This document shows, in pieces, positions 59,315-64,000 of a stretch of DNA of 64,000 nucleotides. The notes below the pieces were generated by a model, which searched no databases, was not told the DNA's origin, and worked only from the letters and a program-made list of their open reading frames with translations. A program made the position numbers and the translations under genes. Numbering within the stretch: the stretch's first letter is position 1; every line of letters starts with the position of its first letter. Where the stretch lies: NCBI RefSeq assembly GCF_964204865.1, contig NC_135259.1, positions 19,902,001 through 19,966,000 on the forward strand, written 5' to 3'. The stretch is from Styela clava (taxonomy: Eukaryota).

Positions 59315-61886
59315 ATGACAAAGCGAGCGAATCCTTTTACTGACGATCCGCATCAATTAAAAACACATATTGGGCAAATGGAAGTTGCCAAGGGTGTTGC
59401 TGGAAAAAGCATTCTGGAAAAAATTCATGAGAATACAATGAAAAGACTTGTTGATGGAGCTAAAAACTTTTACAATGGATATGTCTGTGGCAAAGATGAT
59501 GGGGCTGGAGATGCAACTGATATATCTGATGCCCAGGTGAGACCTAGGAAAACCAAAGTAGTTTTCAGAAATTAATTAATTTTATTTTCTCCCAATATCA
59601 GTACGTCACAGTTTTCCGATTCCAAGAATAGTCCCCACTTTGAAAGACATCAATTATGACAACGAGTGCAAATCCTTCATTTACGAGACAGTTTGGGCTT
59701 CTATATCACCAAACCAACTGTGCGAAATAAACTAATAGCAAGTGCAGTCTAAAAATGACACCATCAAATTAAAGACAAATAGAGTTTGTTTTATTGAAGA
59801 AAATGTCGTGACATTGTGAATACAGAGAACTGTGCCCTACTGAATAATTATGGGCATTGGCCGGACAATAAAAGCATTGTAATAAGCTGCAGAAATATAC
59901 GCATTCCACGCATAATCCTCTGATTACCCTGTTTGGGCTCCAGTGATGGATAAATATGTGCCAGAGGATTCCAGGACTACCTGACTACTCAGTCGCCTGT
60001 TTATAGTTTACCCCAGGGCCCCCCAAACTGAAGGTCGCGACTAGAGATGTACCGATGTATCGGTATCGGGTATCGGTAACGGCAATATCGGTCATTTTTC
60101 TGGTATCGGCCATGTATCGGTATCGGTTAAATCAAGGCCGATATTTCCGATATATTTATCTTTTTGATATGGTCCAGAATGTTTTAAAAGATAAGTTGGA
60201 ATACTACTTTTTAATTTATTTTTTGTCTGGAGAGATCGTGAGCTATGAGCCATACATGTCCCCACCCCCGCGAGAGAATAGGATTCACGTGTTTTTAGCT
60301 ATTCTTCAGCCAAACTAGCTCAACTAATTTGGCTATTTTCGCTGTCAAATTTTAATATTGACATTTTTAATATTACATACTAATTATGAAGAAATATATC
60401 AACACAGCATATAACAAAAAGCAACTAGGCGCCCAGTTTCAAATCATACAGTGGAATTGGGGTCCTTATCAACGGCACATGGACTTTTGGCACGGGTATA
60501 AGTTCTGACTGTTTGTCGTCAAGTACGAGTGTCACTATTCCGTCGACATCAATAAACTAAATTCCGAAATTCAAAATATATGATAGCAATTGTAAAATAT
60601 TTTATATTATAAAATAGTAAAGTGAAAAAACATCCTCGACGGTTATAGGTAGGCCTTCTTTTTGTCGGTGCTGATTGATATTCTTTCATTTTGTCTTTGA
60701 CTTATTGCGTCGACGATTACGATTAGCCACGAAATAAAATATTTGTAAAATGCTTTTAATTTGAACGTAGGACGGCGGCGCTAGAGTGTGTGGGTGATAT
60801 TCGATATTCTTTTAAACGCGAATAACGATATTCGAAGGTCGCGATATTCATATTAAGTTCAAATGGGACATCCGGGCTTAATGAGTTTTCTAATTGAACA
60901 CCGAGATTACTAGCGTTACTGTACAATGTATCTTAATCAGTTGAAGCAAACACCAAACATTAATTTCATATTATGTGATATATCTTTTTTTTCGATCTGA
61001 AATAATGTGTACTATGAACAACGCTCAAAGACCATTGTTTTAACCCGTCTGCCCTACACAGAACACCTAATTAAGTAATAATTACATAGTATCGGTATCG
61101 GAATATCGGTAATATCGGCCTTTTTGTAGTATCGGTATCGGTATCGGCGTTTTAGCTGGTATCGGATCGGTATCGGTATCGGCGACAAAAGTGGTATCGG
61201 TACATCTCTAGTCGCGACCCCGCAATGGGACGTATAACAAATTTTAGGGTTCACAATAAGTATACCAATTTCATGCAGAAATACTACGATATATCTAATG
61301 TTGTACTTTTTTAGACTTTTGGTTTGAAAAACTAGTGCATGACATGAATTTCACGATTTTGAGAGAATACATAGGATCAGGGAAGCGGTAAGACAGGGAT
61401 TGCAGAAATATTTCAATATATTCGAAGAGGTCGCGAGCTTAAAGTTTGTGGAACCTTGTTTAACCCAACTGCTGGCAAGTTGCAGCTTTCTCTGGCATCA
61501 ATAACGAATAATTGGTTAACTATTTCCATACCTCATTATCATAATTCAGGATTTCTTATTTATAAGACTTTATTTTTTATGAAATACAGGCAGCAGGAAA
61601 CAACAACATAAATCGTTCTCAAAAACAAAGAAGCATAGCGTCGTTTTTTGGTGGAACTTCAGAAAAAACAAATAAAATGGATACTTCTCAGATTACAACT
61701 TGTTGTCGAGTTTGCAAAGACACTCAAGTCGCAATTCATTGCTCGTTTTGTGAAGCTCCGTCCTGTGTTTCCTGCCTGCGAACTTGCTCTGATTGCGGAC
61801 AAGATTTTTGTTCTCTGTGTGCTGTTGTTAGTTATAAAAGTACAATAGAAAAAGCATATTGCCTCAACTGTGTTTCAGATGTGTAG
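59315..61886 (+). CDS. SIVA1: Apoptosis regulatory protein Siva, 2 exons, 172 aa
   Basis: Exons 59315-59536 (MTKRANPF...QLKTHIG...IHENTMKRL) and 61590-61886 with C-terminal Cys-rich fingers CCRVC...CSFCEAPSCVSCLRTCSDCGQDFCSLC...YCLNC. Confidence 0.88.
60042..61210. mobile_element. Non-autonomous hAT (Ac-like TAGAGATG ends) nested in a MITE within the SIVA1 intron
   Basis: TIR TAGAGATGTACCGAT / ATCGGTACATCTCTA; 8-bp TSD GTCGCGAC; (TATCGG)n subterminal arrays. The host MITE spans about 60014-61459. Confidence 0.9.
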
Positions 61887-62563
61887 GTGTGATGTGGATG
61901 GCATTGTTGCATAATAATAAATGACGTTTTTGAACAATTGCAATTATTGCGAAGGAAGTTTATAGTATGTGGACATGTTTAAAAACGGTTGCAAATTTGC
62001 AATGGCAGTGTTGTGGCATAAAAAAAATTTAATTGGACTCACAAGCATTCCAAAAGCTCTACTGATTAAAAACATCAATCCTGGTTAAGATATATTGAGA
62101 ACCGACAGAACTCGAAACAAAATTGAAATTGTAAAGGAACTTTAAGGACACCCTGTATTCTGCTATTTGCCTAGTTTTTTTTGTTTTTTGATCTCTTCAA
62201 GCACTGTGTTTTCACATTTTTCCAAGCACTACATCACTTTATTTTTATTTTTTGCACAAGTTGATTTTTTCCATTTCGTCCTCTGTTTATCATTCACAGG
62301 GTATTTGTAGTGTTATTTTGGTAGGTTCCAAATCCCATTAGTGATGGGACACATCGAGCATGGGAATGGCGGTTCCTCTAATTTATTTTTTTTTATAATT
62401 TTTTCATTGCTATGTTTTTTATAGCAAGGCCTGTTTGTCACCAACTAGGAGACGATTTTACAACCCAGAGTTGCCGGGTACGCCCCATATCTTCAAGGTG
62501 ACCAATTTAGTCGCAATTTCGATCCTTGTTCCTCGGAACCCACTGAGAAACGCTGTCTTAGAG

Positions 62564-62953
62564 CAGTGGTTGTCAAACTTTTTGAGACGCGACCCCATTT
62601 CAAAAATTATAAGGTATGATAAGCGTGTGACCCCAAGGTATACTAAGGAAAAAAATATTTTAAACCACTAAAAACTAATCACAGTAAAATCTTATTCCCA
62701 AAAATTTTATCACGCGCTCTAGATTTCGTGTTACAATTTAATTATTGCCGTCACTCAATAGCCTTATTATAAAAGATATCACTGTAATTCAGAATACCCA
62801 AACTTGCTATGTAGTGCTAGTCAGCTCAGTGTAGAATGCATGCAATAGAATATAGAAAAATAAAACAAGAATACAACGCCGGACACTCGGCAAACCTTAA
62901 AATATTCAAGGCGACCCAACTTGGGGTCGCGACCCACACTTTGGTGACCACTG
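62564..62953. mobile_element. Non-autonomous hAT-type MITE
   Basis: TIR CAGTGGTTGTCAAA / TTTGGTGACCACTG; 8-bp TSD TCTTAGAG. Confidence 0.85.
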
Positions 62954-63486
62954 TCTTAGAGAATGGAACTGTACATATGAAATTGGCTGTGTTCAACTAC
63001 TCATCTTCCTAGACGTAACACAAATCTAATACATTTTTTTTATTTGAAAACAGGCTCTATTCAGAAAAGGCTGTATTCTATATTGCGTATTCTTAAAATT
63101 TTGTGAATTTTCATCAGAAATGATGTTACCTCCCTTTTCTGCACATAAATCTCTTGATAACTGTAGAAAATCTATCTCAATTTTCTCAAACATATGCATC
63201 AGTTTTTGCAATCAATTATTCCTCGATCGATAAATGGTTCCCCTTATTGTATTTGATTAGTAAATTGGGTGATTCTGATCTACCATAGCGCTCTCCCACT
63301 CATGCTCTTAGTGTCAATTTTTTTTCTCGTCATTCAATCTTTTGCATGACTCCCTTTGAAAGTATACACAATCACATTTTTTTGTATTTTTCACAGCCAT
63401 TACTATCTTAGAGTAGGCAGAATTGCATATCATGCTTTCAGCTGGTGCTTTGTAACTTAGTTTTAAATTGCACTGTAAAAAAAATA

Positions 63487-64000
63487 ATGGGAACTGTCAA
63501 GTTTTCGGTATCTGCGACCACAGATTCGACAGAATTCGTTGGAATTGTTGGCAATGCTTCAGAATTAGGAAATTGGCGACTTGAGGGATCTAAAATTCTG
63601 CAATTTAATGAAGAATCTTCTAAATGGAGCCTTGAAGTGAAATTTGAAAACTGTCCAAATGTAAAATATAGATATTTTATCGGGGATTATTTGCATGACG
63701 AGAGTGATAATAATACCATGGTTTTGAGGAAATGGGAGATCGGTCACGGTGATAAAGTACGAACTACTGATATCATCCCAGGAAAGTCTCAGGATGTTGA
63801 TGATGGAAATTTCGGTGTCATTAACGGAATAAATATCGTTGATCAAGGTTGGTTAACTGAACAGACAGAAGTTCGTTTTAATATCAGTCATACAGGAGCC
63901 AAAACGGTTGTTTCGTGGCACAAAAGTTTTGAAAAAAACATCGATGAAAATCTCATGATTCTGTTTCATCCTGATATAGAAAATACCAGAGTTCAAACGC
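63487..64000 (+). CDS. GPCPD1: Glycerophosphocholine phosphodiesterase GPCPD1 (GDE5), 5' part with CBM20 domain; runs off the window
   Basis: Not in the ORF track because there is no stop. Open frame MGTVKFSV...VGNASELGNW...VKYRYFIG...RKWE...DDGNFGVING...DQGWLTEQTEVR matches the GPCPD1 N-terminus. Confidence 0.88.
   Translation, partial: MGTVKFSVSATTDSTEFVGIVGNASELGNWRLEGSKILQFNEESSKWSLEVKFENCPNVKYRYFIGDYLHDESDNNTMVLRKWEIGHGDKVRTTDIIPGKSQDVDDGNFGVINGINIVDQGWLTEQTEVRFNISHTGAKTVVSWHKSFEKNIDENLMILFHPDIENTRVQT

Noticed and set aside
60042-61210. CRISPR-like or coding (YRYR/PIPI) repeat from TATCGG arrays
   Set aside because: These are subterminal repeats of a hAT element bounded by TIRs and an 8-bp TSD; there is no repeat-spacer structure.

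Overview
AT-rich, compact eukaryotic (animal) genomic DNA with GT-AG introns. The chordate-like proteins and short introns suggest an ascidian tunicate, which is an inference. No prokaryotic features, rRNA, true tRNA or CRISPR array were seen. Housekeeping genes recognised: SLC35F3/F4-like transporter, MUS81, MDP1, TRMT12/TYW2 (6 exons) and CCDC137 (3 exons), all on + in a row; AMT on -; then NSUN2, eIF1A (6 exons), SIVA1 (2 exons) and the 5' end of GPCPD1, all on +. There is also an orphan coiled-coil gene with an eIF2A/PYM-type C-terminal motif. Many coding regions are intronless and carry a splice acceptor just upstream of the ATG, which suggests SL trans-spliced operons. The window has an intact 2.8-kb hAT transposon (TIRs, 8-bp TSD, 672-aa transposase), many hAT, Mutator-like and pogo/Tc1 MITEs (several nested), and a tRNA-derived SINE family. 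The most unusual item is a multi-exon minus-strand gene (about 39631 to 27885) that the ORF track barely shows. It appears to encode a Ulp1/SENP (clan CE)-like cysteine protease whose catalytic His exon lies DOWNSTREAM of the Asp/Cys exon. Joining the last exon's donor back to that upstream exon rebuilds the canonical H-x16-D...Q-x4-C site, so this is a candidate circularly permuted or exon-scrambled protease. In this haplotype its first coding exon is split by the hAT element and the His exon carries a 1-nt lesion.
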